DNA of 32,902 nt from positions 1 through 32,902 of the forward strand of contig JBJXGI010000079.1 of the NCBI GenBank assembly GCA_046153645.1, written 5' to 3'. Both the position numbers and the translations under genes were made by a program. Below are positions 20,341 through 29,427 of the stretch, in pieces. Below the pieces are notes generated by a model. That model was not told the origin of the DNA. It did no database searches and saw only the letters and a list, made by a program, of their open reading frames with translations. The stretch's first letter is position 1. The number at the start of each line of letters is the position of its first letter. This stretch comes from Elusimicrobiota bacterium. Its GTDB lineage: Bacteria; Elusimicrobiota; Elusimicrobia; F11.

Positions 20341-20372
20341 GGGATATAAAAATCGTGAAAAACGCTTCTATT

Positions 20373-21185
20373 TTATAAGCGGTTTATTCGAAAAAGTTGA
20401 AAACTATTTATTAACAGCTGTTCCGATAAAGCAGAAAGTTCCATTTTTTTTAATAAGGCCACCATTTCTGCAATCGCTGGAATAAGCGCAGGTTCATTCC
20501 GTTTGCCACGATGAGATTGAGGTGGTAAATAAGGAGAATCGGTTTCAATAACCAAATTTTTAATATCAAAATTTTTTATTATCTCTCTTAATGACTGGGA
20601 ATTGGGATATGTGATAGGGCCATCAATTCCGAGAAAGAAACCCATTTCGGTTAATTGCTTTGCGTGCTCGATTGAGCCTGAAAAGCAATGAATAACTCCT
20701 GGTCTTTTATTGGCTTGGGCAAGTTTCTTTAAATTAATATCAAACGAATTTAAAATAGGAATTAAGTCTTCAAAAGCATTTCTACAATGAATAATAAGCG
20801 GTTTATCAATTTGAAATGAAATTTGAATGGCTTTTTCAAAGGCTTTGATTTGGATATCTTTTGACACGCTGCTTTTCACATAATCAAGACCAACTTCACC
20901 AATGGCAACAAACTGAGGTTCTAAAGAAAGATGGGAGAGTTGATTCCAAACTTCATCGCTGGCTTGGTCAGCATAATAAGGGTGTAGCCCTGCAGACCAC
21001 CACATTTGATTAATATAGTTTCTGGATAATTCTTGAGCTTTTTTCCATTCATCGGGGCCATCAGCAATTTCGACTATATATGAAACACCGGCATCAAACG
21101 CGTTTTTTACTGTTTGATGCCGGTCTAAGTCAAATTTGATATCAGATAAATGAGCGTGTGTATCAAACCAAACAGGCTGGCTCAT
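20373..21185 (-). CDS. tatD: TatD-family hydrolase/DNase
   Basis: DTHAHL, GLHP, AIGEVGLDY, IIHCR, GVIHCFSG, ETDSPYL and GKRNEP motifs. Confidence 0.95.
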   Translation of the reverse strand: MSQPVWFDTHAHLSDIKFDLDRHQTVKNAFDAGVSYIVEIADGPDEWKKAQELSRNYINQMWWSAGLHPYYADQASDEVWNQLSHLSLEPQFVAIGEVGLDYVKSSVSKDIQIKAFEKAIQISFQIDKPLIIHCRNAFEDLIPILNSFDINLKKLAQANKRPGVIHCFSGSIEHAKQLTEMGFFLGIDGPITYPNSQSLREIIKNFDIKNLVIETDSPYLPPQSHRGKRNEPALIPAIAEMVALLKKMELSALSEQLLINSFQLFRINRL

Positions 21186-21646
21186 TACTCAACTTTTAAT
21201 AACTCGACATCAAAATGTAATTCGGAATTAGCTGGAATAATATTTCCGACTCCCCGATCACCATAACCGAGGTTTGCAGGAATAATAAGTTTTCTTTTTC
21301 CGCCCACTTTCATTGTTGAAACGCCTTCATCCCATCCTTTAATCACCTGTCCGACACCAATGACAAATTGAAATGGTTGAGCTCGATCCAATGAACTATC
21401 GAATTTCTTCCCATCGGCTAATGTTCCCGTATAGTGAACGGTAACAACCTGTCCTTTTTGAGGTGAAACACCATCCCCTTCTTTAACATCAACATATTTC
21501 AGACCACTGGCAGTGGACACTGTTTTATCCATTTTTTTCTCCATTGATACAGCTTTTGTGGGTTCAACTTTCTTTTTGGTTTCAGCATAAGAAAAATTTG
21601 AGCCCAAAATTAAAAACAAACTGACTACATAAAAAATATTTTTCAT
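21185..21646 (-). CDS. Exported FKBP-type peptidyl-prolyl isomerase
   Basis: VHYTGTL.DGKKFDSS, GQVIKGWDEG, IPANLGYG and FDVELL motifs. Signal peptide from MKNIF at 21646 with an AGGAGG SD (ORF track start 21670). Confidence 0.95.
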   Translation of the reverse strand: MKNIFYVVSLFLILGSNFSYAETKKKVEPTKAVSMEKKMDKTVSTASGLKYVDVKEGDGVSPQKGQVVTVHYTGTLADGKKFDSSLDRAQPFQFVIGVGQVIKGWDEGVSTMKVGGKRKLIIPANLGYGDRGVGNIIPANSELHFDVELLKVE

Positions 21647-21709
21647 AATTCCTCCTAGGAATAAAGACATTTAATTCTATAAGTTAGGAAAGACAAAGGT
21701 AAGGAAAGT

Positions 21710-22198
21710 TTAAACAACTTTTTGGAAAGTAATATGAATTTCTTTATTTATGGGAGTTGAGTTATCAATAATATTTTTTTGTTCTTTGCTACATAAAGAG
21801 AAAAAAGCACAAGAATTCCGACATATATTCGACTCTTGTTTTTGAATCCTATTTTCACAATCAATAAACTCTGAAGACATTTGGTTTATTTTATCTGACA
21901 ATTTTGAATCAATTTTGATGAATTCAAAACCATAAAGTGTCTTTTTACCGTTGGGTCTAAAATGTCGAAGTTCAACAATAGCTTCTATTAATGTTCCATC
22001 TGAAAATTGAAGGGCTAAGTGAAGCAAAGTATTTTGAGGAAGATAACCATTTATGTTAACAGACATGCCACCCGCAGAGAGATCTATTAACTTTCCTTTT
22101 AAGGTTGACCCAAAAAAGGGAGGAAGAGGTGTTATATAAACCGGCGTATTTAAAAATGCCGTAGCGGCAAATCGCTTATGTTTTCTTTTTTCAGTCAT
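21710..22198 (-). CDS. PilZ-domain protein with C-terminal four-Cys motif (paralog of 10806..11303)
   Basis: KRKHKR (RxxxR), DLSAGG and YGFEF motifs. Tail CENRIQKQESNICRNSCAFFSLC. Confidence 0.88.
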   Translation of the reverse strand: MTEKRKHKRFAATAFLNTPVYITPLPPFFGSTLKGKLIDLSAGGMSVNINGYLPQNTLLHLALQFSDGTLIEAIVELRHFRPNGKKTLYGFEFIKIDSKLSDKINQMSSEFIDCENRIQKQESNICRNSCAFFSLCSKEQKNIIDNSTPINKEIHITFQKVV

Positions 22199-22260
22199 GC
22201 TCAGAATGTACCGAAGGGTTGTGATATTCCTATGACATGATAACGATAAACAGATGACAA

Positions 22261-23115
22261 CTATTGAGAAAAAAAACTGTCTCCAAAAAGAGATTGATAA
22301 CCCGCCTTAAAATCAGGGTACTGAAAAGAATAGCCGGTTTGAAGTAGTTTTTCATTTGAGCAACGTTTGTTTTTTGATGAACTACGGTGATTAACATCTG
22401 ATTCAAATGGCATGTTTACTTTTTCCCCCAACCACTGAAATATCTCACCTCTGAGAGCCGAGTGATTATCAACCCCATTTAATATTTCCGTTTTATTTAT
22501 TTTTGATAAAAGATAGAAAATGCTTTTCGCGGCGTCGGTTACATGAATGAGGTTTAAATATTGATTTTGGTTTTCTTTTGGTAATTCGCCTTTTCTAGCC
22601 GCTTCAATTCTATTTCTCCCGGGTCCGTATATCCCACCTAAACGATAAACAATTCCAATGGTCGCGTTACTTACAATTGCCTCTTCAGCTCGACACAAAG
22701 CCTGCGTTCGTTGATTAGATTTTAATAATGCACTTTGCTCGTTAACCCATTCCCCTTCATTTTGTTCGTAGACCCCAATACTAGAGGTATATAGAATTTT
22801 CTTAGGTAATTTATTGAGTTGATATAAATAAGAGACAAAATGAGGAATCCCCTGTTCATATACCTGGGAGTATCCATCTGAAATAGAGCCAGATGGAGCC
22901 GCGCAAATAACAAGCAAATCAAAATGAACTTGCTTTAATTCAAAACAATCTTGAGGATGGGAAAGATTGAGAAGTATTGAAGAAATACCGCATTTTTTAA
23001 GCTCTGAGAGTTTAGATTCAGTTGTTGTAGAGCCAAAAACATTCCAATGATGGAATAGAAATTCTTTGGCGACTTGTTTTCCCAGATAACCGCAACCAAC
23101 AATGAGAACGTTCAT
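22261..23115 (-). CDS. NAD(P)-dependent epimerase/dehydratase-like atypical SDR (YeeZ-like)
   Basis: IVGCGYLG Rossmann motif, YTSSIGVY, RLGGIYGPGR, NLIHVTD and KRCSNEKL. Confidence 0.88.
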   Translation of the reverse strand: MNVLIVGCGYLGKQVAKEFLFHHWNVFGSTTTESKLSELKKCGISSILLNLSHPQDCFELKQVHFDLLVICAAPSGSISDGYSQVYEQGIPHFVSYLYQLNKLPKKILYTSSIGVYEQNEGEWVNEQSALLKSNQRTQALCRAEEAIVSNATIGIVYRLGGIYGPGRNRIEAARKGELPKENQNQYLNLIHVTDAAKSIFYLLSKINKTEILNGVDNHSALRGEIFQWLGEKVNMPFESDVNHRSSSKNKRCSNEKLLQTGYSFQYPDFKAGYQSLFGDSFFSQ

Positions 23116-24665
23116 TACTTCCAGCGGCCACCTTTTCGCATAAAGAGTGGGTCACCTTTAAGAACAGTTTGATTCTTGAAAAATTGTGGATATTTACCCT
23201 CAGCAAACAAAGCGAGAACAACCTTCCCCTCTTCAGATAAATTCCCTTTTTCTCCTAATCTTTGCCAAATCTCTTGAGTCTTGGTAGGCATGTAAGGGTG
23301 GAGGTAAACTGTTAGAGTTTTTAAAACCATTAAACATTCCAAAAGAATTTTAGAGAGATCATCTAGCTTATCAGCTCCAAGTGTCCACGGAGCTGAGTCA
23401 TCGATAAATTTATTGGTCTTCATCATAATTCCAAAGAGAGTTTCTAAAACACCTCCTAAATTCTTTTCTTCAAATAATAATTCAATAGAAGAAAAGAGCT
23501 TTTTTGTGTCGCCCAGAATTTGAGAAGAAATTGTTATTTCAGGAATAACACCGTTTAAGTTTTTTAGTAACAAAGTTGACGTACGCTGAAAAAGATTTCC
23601 CAAATTGTTAGCCAATTCAGAATTATAACGACTCAGTAACGCCTTCTCAGAAAAATCCCCATCGGCTCCAAATGGTACTTCTCTAAACAAAAAATATCGA
23701 AAAGCATCAACACCGTATTCTTCAGCCATTTTATGTGGATCAACAACGTTCCCCAATGACTTTGACATTTTTTGGCCTTCAACCGTCCACCAGCCATGAG
23801 CAAAAACTTGAACGGGAAGTGGTAAATCAAGTGCCATCAACATGGCAGGCCAAATAACCGTATGAAACCTGAAAATTTCTTTTCCCACAAAATGAATATC
23901 TGCAGGCCATAAGGTCTCGAAAGAAAAGCCTCCTTTTTCACTTTTTCCAGTTAAATATCCTGGTGATGTGATGTAATTGATCAAGGCATCAAACCAAACA
24001 TAAACAACATGTTTTGGATCTGAACTCAGAGGAATCCCCCAGCTCACTTTCGTACGTGAGACTGAAAGGTCTTTTAACCCGGACTTAACAAAATTAATAA
24101 TTTCATTTGAACGATGTTTCGGAAAAAGGAATTTTGGATGTTTTTCATAATAAGCTAAAAGTTTTTCGGCATAGCCTGATAGTTTAAAAAAGTAACTTTC
24201 TTCTTGAAGTTTTTGCAATTCTCTCCCACAAGTAGGGCATTTTTTATCAATCAATTCAGATTCGCTGAAATATGATTCATCATGAATGCAATACCAATCT
24301 TCATAGATGCCTTTGTAAATATCTCCTTTGGCTTTTAGTTTTTCAAAAATGTCTTGAACGACGGCTTTATGACGATTGCTGGAAGTTTGAATAAAATCGT
24401 CATACGAAATATTGAGTGTTGTCCACATACGTTTGTATTCATTGGCAATACGATTGACAAATTCAGCAGGCGTTTCTCCGGTTTTTTCAGCGGCTTTAGC
24501 AATTTTCGCGCCATGCTCATCTGTACCGGTAAGAAAAAAAACAGCTTCATTATTAAGTCTTTTCCACCTTGCCAAAATATCAGCGGCAATGGTTGTATAG
24601 GCATGACCAATATGAGGAACGTCGTTAACATAATAAAGTGGGGTTGTTAAATAGAATTGCTTCAT
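23115..24665 (-). CDS. metG: Methionine--tRNA ligase (short form, no C-terminal tRNA-binding appendix)
   Basis: YLTTPLYYVN.PHIGH, GTDEHG, YVWFDALINY and KMSKS motifs. Confidence 0.98.
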   Translation of the reverse strand: MKQFYLTTPLYYVNDVPHIGHAYTTIAADILARWKRLNNEAVFFLTGTDEHGAKIAKAAEKTGETPAEFVNRIANEYKRMWTTLNISYDDFIQTSSNRHKAVVQDIFEKLKAKGDIYKGIYEDWYCIHDESYFSESELIDKKCPTCGRELQKLQEESYFFKLSGYAEKLLAYYEKHPKFLFPKHRSNEIINFVKSGLKDLSVSRTKVSWGIPLSSDPKHVVYVWFDALINYITSPGYLTGKSEKGGFSFETLWPADIHFVGKEIFRFHTVIWPAMLMALDLPLPVQVFAHGWWTVEGQKMSKSLGNVVDPHKMAEEYGVDAFRYFLFREVPFGADGDFSEKALLSRYNSELANNLGNLFQRTSTLLLKNLNGVIPEITISSQILGDTKKLFSSIELLFEEKNLGGVLETLFGIMMKTNKFIDDSAPWTLGADKLDDLSKILLECLMVLKTLTVYLHPYMPTKTQEIWQRLGEKGNLSEEGKVVLALFAEGKYPQFFKNQTVLKGDPLFMRKGGRWK

Positions 24666-25606
24666 AATTTTTCCTTTTTTAATTGAATAAATAAATTTTC
24701 CAGAGCCAGCTTTGGCGATACGTTCCGACTTATCTGATAAGAAGTTTTTAATATTTTTTTCATTTTTGAAACTTGCGTTAAGTCGCCTTTATATAAATTT
24801 TTTCGCGACTGCTCGATTAAATGGGTTAAAGTTTCTTGAGATCTTTTTCGAGCGTCTTTTTTCCACTTGGGTTCACTTAACATTTCGAACAATTCTTCTA
24901 GAGAAAACTCATTTAAATCTTGAAACTCTTCTTCGCCCTTTAAATAAATTTCCTGGGCTTTTTCTAATGATCCGGTAGAGAGTTCGGCGATTTCCTGAGC
25001 TTTTTCAAAAGGAATTTTTAGTTTTTCAGCAAGGTGTTTAGATAAAAGCTCAATTGAAAGTGGTTTAAATCTTAAAATGGCGCATCTCGATAGAACCGTT
25101 GAGGGAAGACTATGCTCATCTGCCGCCAATAGAATAAATTGCGCGTTGTTGGGCGGTTCTTCTAATATTTTCAGCAAAGCATTTGCGGCTTCAGTGGTCA
25201 TTTTATGAGCGTCTTCTATAATAACACAACGTCGCTTACTTTCAATTGGTTTAAAATACGCAAACCGATCTGACTCTCGAATGGAATCGATTTTGATAGC
25301 AGTCTGAGTTTCGGGTTTTTCTTTTAAAACAAATGCCTGATAGTTCATATTAACCAATAACAAATCAGGGTGTGAATTGCTTAAAACTTTTTGGCATCCA
25401 ACACATTCTCCGCAATACGGAAGTGTCTTTTTTTGAATAGAAATCTCATCTCTTTTAAGACAGGAATAACAAGCCGCAAGCAATAAAGCCGCATTTTTCT
25501 TACCCGTTCCCTTAGCTCCAACAAACAATAAACTTGGGCTTAACCTGTTGGCCTTAAGGCCTTCAGAGAGATATTGAATGACGATGTTTTGACCAATGAG
25601 ATCCAT
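24662..25606 (-). CDS. holB: DNA polymerase III subunit delta'
   Basis: LLFVGAKGTGK, CGECVGC, HPD, AANALLKILEEPP and TVLSRC motifs. tmk-holB-metG synteny. Probable start MDLIGQ at 25606 (ORF track 25654). Confidence 0.9.
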   Translation of the reverse strand: MDLIGQNIVIQYLSEGLKANRLSPSLLFVGAKGTGKKNAALLLAACYSCLKRDEISIQKKTLPYCGECVGCQKVLSNSHPDLLLVNMNYQAFVLKEKPETQTAIKIDSIRESDRFAYFKPIESKRRCVIIEDAHKMTTEAANALLKILEEPPNNAQFILLAADEHSLPSTVLSRCAILRFKPLSIELLSKHLAEKLKIPFEKAQEIAELSTGSLEKAQEIYLKGEEEFQDLNEFSLEELFEMLSEPKWKKDARKRSQETLTHLIEQSRKNLYKGDLTQVSKMKKILKTSYQISRNVSPKLALENLFIQLKKEKL

Positions 25607-26234
25607 AAATTTTTTTGAGTACTTCTGTTCGAATGAGTTTTTGTGTTTCTTCAATTGCGGGTTGCAAATTAATTTTCTTAAAACGTTTTGGGTCTGATTT
25701 GGCTAAGTACTGATATCCATTCCAAACTTTTTCCTGGAAAGAAACCCCTTCTTTTTCAAGCCTATCTGGTGAATTTTTGGATCGATTTAGAGCTTTGGTA
25801 AGACTAGTTTTTGGCGAAACATTTAAAAAGAGAGTTAAATCGGGTTTAATGTTTTGAGTTGCTATTTTATTGAGATTCTTTATTATTGGAATAGAAAGTT
25901 TTCTGGCAAATCCTTGATAGGCTATTGTCGCGTCTGTAAATCGATCACATATGACAATTTTCCCTTCTGCAAGTCCTGGTTTAATAACTTTTTCGACATG
26001 TTCAGCCCGAGCTGCTTCGTAAAGAAATAATTCCGTCAAAGAATGCATTTTGGTTTCTGGGTTTAATAAAATTTCTCTTATTTGTTCGGCCAAAAATCCT
26101 CCCCCGGGTTCACGTGTCAAAGTCGTAGAAAGCCCCAGGGTTTGAAGCCAATCAGAAAGCAGCTGAACATGAGTTGTTTTACCCGCGCCATCGGTTCCTT
26201 CAAATGTAATAAAAATTCCTTTTTTACTCTTCAT
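25563..26234 (-). CDS. tmk: Thymidylate kinase
   Basis: FITFEGTDGAGKTT, TREPGG, ICDRF and AYQG motifs. Confidence 0.97.
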   Translation of the reverse strand: MKSKKGIFITFEGTDGAGKTTHVQLLSDWLQTLGLSTTLTREPGGGFLAEQIREILLNPETKMHSLTELFLYEAARAEHVEKVIKPGLAEGKIVICDRFTDATIAYQGFARKLSIPIIKNLNKIATQNIKPDLTLFLNVSPKTSLTKALNRSKNSPDRLEKEGVSFQEKVWNGYQYLAKSDPKRFKKINLQPAIEETQKLIRTEVLKKIYGSHWSKHRHSISL

Positions 26235-26393
26235 TGGCCTATCGTATCAAAACCAAATCATTCTGACGATTTTGAATCTCTAAAATTATAAATCGAGCGG
26301 ACAATTAGAAATGTTTTTAGATGCCATAAATCACAGAAGAGTTTTAAAAAGGGGCTGGAATCTGTTGCTGCTCATAATATATAGTAAGGAGCA

Positions 26394-28925
26394 ATGATTA
26401 AAAAACAGAAAAAGGTTTATTCTGGAACAACTCTCATCGAACTCATGATCGCTGTGTCCCTATTAGCCATTATGGGAGTGGGCTTTGCAGGTGTATTTGC
26501 GAATGTTGGAAAAGCCATACAATTTTCTAAAGCAAAAACATTGGCTTCAAATATTGCACAAGAACAAATGCAAATTTTGAAACAAAAATCATTTGATCGT
26601 GTCCTTGTTACAACATCCGCTGCTTACCTCACGCAGTTTTCTCCAAGTATCCCTTACGACCCTGGTTATTATCCTCCTGAAACTATTCTTGAAGGAAATA
26701 TACGTTATACGAGATATACATATGTTCAAGTGGCTGTAGAAAATAGCGGAGTTATTGACCTTTATGGGGCAATACCAAATACGGGAATGAAAGCCATCAC
26801 GATCACAGTCGTGTGGAACCAAGGTTCAGAGGCGAAGTACCAACAACTTCGAAGTGTTTTAGGAAATATTGATACAACGCAATCAAATGCTATTTTTAGT
26901 GGGGCCATTACAACTTCAACGGGTGGAGCCATTGCCAATGCCCTTGTCACCTTTGCTGAAAATTTTGGTTGGCAAGATTTTTCTAATTCTTCTGGACAAT
27001 ACACAATCAACCTTTCTCCAGGCACCTACTCAATGTATGTTAGTGCTCAAGGCTATTTTCCATCATATAGAACTGTATCAATTGCAGCCAATTCCACTCA
27101 AACTCAAGATTTTACCCTTGCTAAAATGTCTTCGGGAACCGTCAGAGGAACGGCCTGGATTAACAACCATCTCGTCATTAGTCAAATTGTGGGAAGTACA
27201 ATGAATGCTTCAGGGTTTTGCGAAGAATATGTCGAACTTTTTAATCCTTCCACATTTACATGGACCATGGCAGATAGCTTTGGAACCCCTGTCATAGATT
27301 TGGTTTATCAAAGATACGGAGATCCAGGGCCCTCTTCTTTTGGATTAACTTATAACACTCTTACCATTGGGGCTGGAAAATATTATCTCATCGCCAATAC
27401 AACAACGATTAATGCAGGAGGTGTTTCCCGATCTGCTGATGCCTATTATTCAGCACCGCAACCTGAGGGTCAAATATGGGTTGCCGGAGGAGGGAGCTGC
27501 GGGGGCGGTGGTAACGCGGATGCTATTGGACTCATTTATAACGATGGCACTGGAAACAGGGTAGATGTTGTTGGATGGGATCAATCTCCCCGAGTTCCTG
27601 AAGCTTTTGAAACCGACGGTTATGATCAAGTGATAGGTCTTCAAGACGGTGAACAATTTGTACGAAAAGCCAGCACACAAGGAGTTTCATCAACTTTAGG
27701 GGCGGCTTATGATTCTGGAAACAATAATGTAGATATCTATGGTTACACCCCCATCTGGATCCCACCAAGAAATTCCTCTATATCTGGAACAGTCGTTTCT
27801 GGAGTTCCGGCCATCGGAGCTTATGTCAGCGTTGGAGATGGACTTTCATCTGTTGCTCAAGCCACTTCAGTAGGAAATCCACCTGCGGCAGAATTTATTC
27901 TCACAGAAATTGCAACCGGATCTTGGACAGTTTATGTTACCAGCTCATCTCGATATACTGAAATTTCGACAATTACGATCACTTCTTCTGGTCAAACCTT
28001 TTATATTCCTAATTCTGCCACAACGCCCTCTTGGCCTTCTAGCGGACATTATGCCGCTATACTTTCCTCAACAGCAACGCAAGGGTTCATTTCAGGTTCG
28101 GTTAAAAATCCGAGTGGCGTGGCCATTTCGCCTGCCATTACAATAAGAGCTTCTGGTTTTTCTACGACAGCCAATACAACTAATGGGAATTATTTTCTTT
28201 CATTAGATCCAGGAACTTATGATGTGACGGCAAACCCGAATAATTTAGTGGGAAGTTACGTTTCCGCAACGACTCAAACCATTACAATTGTGGCTGGTAC
28301 CATTGAAAACGGCATTAATTTTGTCTTATCGCAAGGTGGAAAAATAAATGGATTTATTACACGCGATGGTATTAACTCTCTTGCAGGAATTTCTGTTATT
28401 GCTTCTGATTCCAATGGAATTGTTCGAGCACAAGAAGTGAGTGGTAGTGACGGGCGGTTTACCATGATTAATTTATCGACAGGAGTCTATACTGTTGAGA
28501 CCGTGTTGGGTTCTGGTGAAAGTTCAAGTCCTGTTTCCTCTACGAAAACTGTGACGGCAGGAAGTACCATTCACGCAGGCACTTTCACTGTAACCGGAGC
28601 TTATGGTTACATTCGTGGTTCGGTAACAGCTTCAGGACAGGCCATAAATACAGGCGTTTTGTTGATTGCAAGCACAAGTACAATTACGGGAGTTCCTCCC
28701 ACTTTAAGTGCGTCTACCTTAACGGGCGCCAGCTACTACTCTACAAATAGCTATGAAGATGGGTCATATACGCTTGAGGTTCGAGGGAGTACGACAACAA
28801 CTTATAAAGTTTATGGGTATTACACCACTCTAGTCGGAAATACGCCAACAGTAACTTCTCAGTCTGCTACTGGAATTTCAGTTGTCGCAGGTCAAACTGT
28901 ATCAGGGACAAATTTAAGTTGGTGA
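26394..28925 (+). CDS. Type IV prepilin-like (PilV/GspI-like) protein fused to carboxypeptidase-regulatory-like repeats and a lamin-tail-like domain
   Basis: Class III leader KKQKKVYSG|TTLIELMIAV with E5. Repeated beta-sandwich units (SSGQYTINLSPGTY, NGNYFLSLDPGTY, SDGRFTMINLSTGVY). LTD-like HLVISQI...EYVELFNP...DVVGW...PRNS. AAGGAG SD. Confidence 0.85.
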   Translation: MIKKQKKVYSGTTLIELMIAVSLLAIMGVGFAGVFANVGKAIQFSKAKTLASNIAQEQMQILKQKSFDRVLVTTSAAYLTQFSPSIPYDPGYYPPETILEGNIRYTRYTYVQVAVENSGVIDLYGAIPNTGMKAITITVVWNQGSEAKYQQLRSVLGNIDTTQSNAIFSGAITTSTGGAIANALVTFAENFGWQDFSNSSGQYTINLSPGTYSMYVSAQGYFPSYRTVSIAANSTQTQDFTLAKMSSGTVRGTAWINNHLVISQIVGSTMNASGFCEEYVELFNPSTFTWTMADSFGTPVIDLVYQRYGDPGPSSFGLTYNTLTIGAGKYYLIANTTTINAGGVSRSADAYYSAPQPEGQIWVAGGGSCGGGGNADAIGLIYNDGTGNRVDVVGWDQSPRVPEAFETDGYDQVIGLQDGEQFVRKASTQGVSSTLGAAYDSGNNNVDIYGYTPIWIPPRNSSISGTVVSGVPAIGAYVSVGDGLSSVAQATSVGNPPAAEFILTEIATGSWTVYVTSSSRYTEISTITITSSGQTFYIPNSATTPSWPSSGHYAAILSSTATQGFISGSVKNPSGVAISPAITIRASGFSTTANTTNGNYFLSLDPGTYDVTANPNNLVGSYVSATTQTITIVAGTIENGINFVLSQGGKINGFITRDGINSLAGISVIASDSNGIVRAQEVSGSDGRFTMINLSTGVYTVETVLGSGESSSPVSSTKTVTAGSTIHAGTFTVTGAYGYIRGSVTASGQAINTGVLLIASTSTITGVPPTLSASTLTGASYYSTNSYEDGSYTLEVRGSTTTTYKVYGYYTTLVGNTPTVTSQSATGISVVAGQTVSGTNLSW

Positions 28926-28926
28926 T

Positions 28927-29427
28927 ATGAAAAACATAAAAAGACATTCAATTGGTTACACTTTAATAGAGGTCATGATCTCAGTTGCTATTATTGGAGT
29001 TATTGCGAGCACCGCGCCGAATCTTATTATTCAACTAAGGAGATTTTTTCAATTAAGCAACACTAAACTTGAAATTCAAAGAGAAGCAAGGTCGGTCATG
29101 AATTTAGTCACTCGCAATCTTCGCCAAGCACAATCATCGACGATTGTTATTGATCAGGCTTCAGCTGCTGAACCTTACTATTCTCGGATATCTTATACTG
29201 ACGTGAACGGCAATTATCTCAGGTTTTATCAAGAAGGTCGGAATTTAAAATTGGTGGATGTTTCAACAAGGACGATTGCGTCCAATATTAGATATATTGC
29301 TTTCAGTCTACCTAGAACAGATGACATGGGAATCGTTTCTGTTTCTTTTACTTTAGAAAAAGGAACATACGAAAGTAAAACAAAGGCTTTACATATGGCT
29401 TCAGAAAAAGTGCAGGTCATGAATTAA
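28927..29427 (+). CDS. Type IV minor pilin/pseudopilin (PilW/GspJ-like)
   Basis: KRHSIG|YTLIEVMISVAII with E5, and QREAR...NLRQA helix. Confidence 0.85.
   Translation: MKNIKRHSIGYTLIEVMISVAIIGVIASTAPNLIIQLRRFFQLSNTKLEIQREARSVMNLVTRNLRQAQSSTIVIDQASAAEPYYSRISYTDVNGNYLRFYQEGRNLKLVDVSTRTIASNIRYIAFSLPRTDDMGIVSVSFTLEKGTYESKTKALHMASEKVQVMN

Noticed and set aside
22232..22259. ATGACA direct repeat upstream of the second PilZ gene
   Set aside because: Only two 6-mers, insufficient to call a binding site.
26356..26371. Sigma54-like TGGAAT...TGC upstream of the pilin operon
   Set aside because: GG-to-GC spacing is off by one and the -24 box is a poor match.
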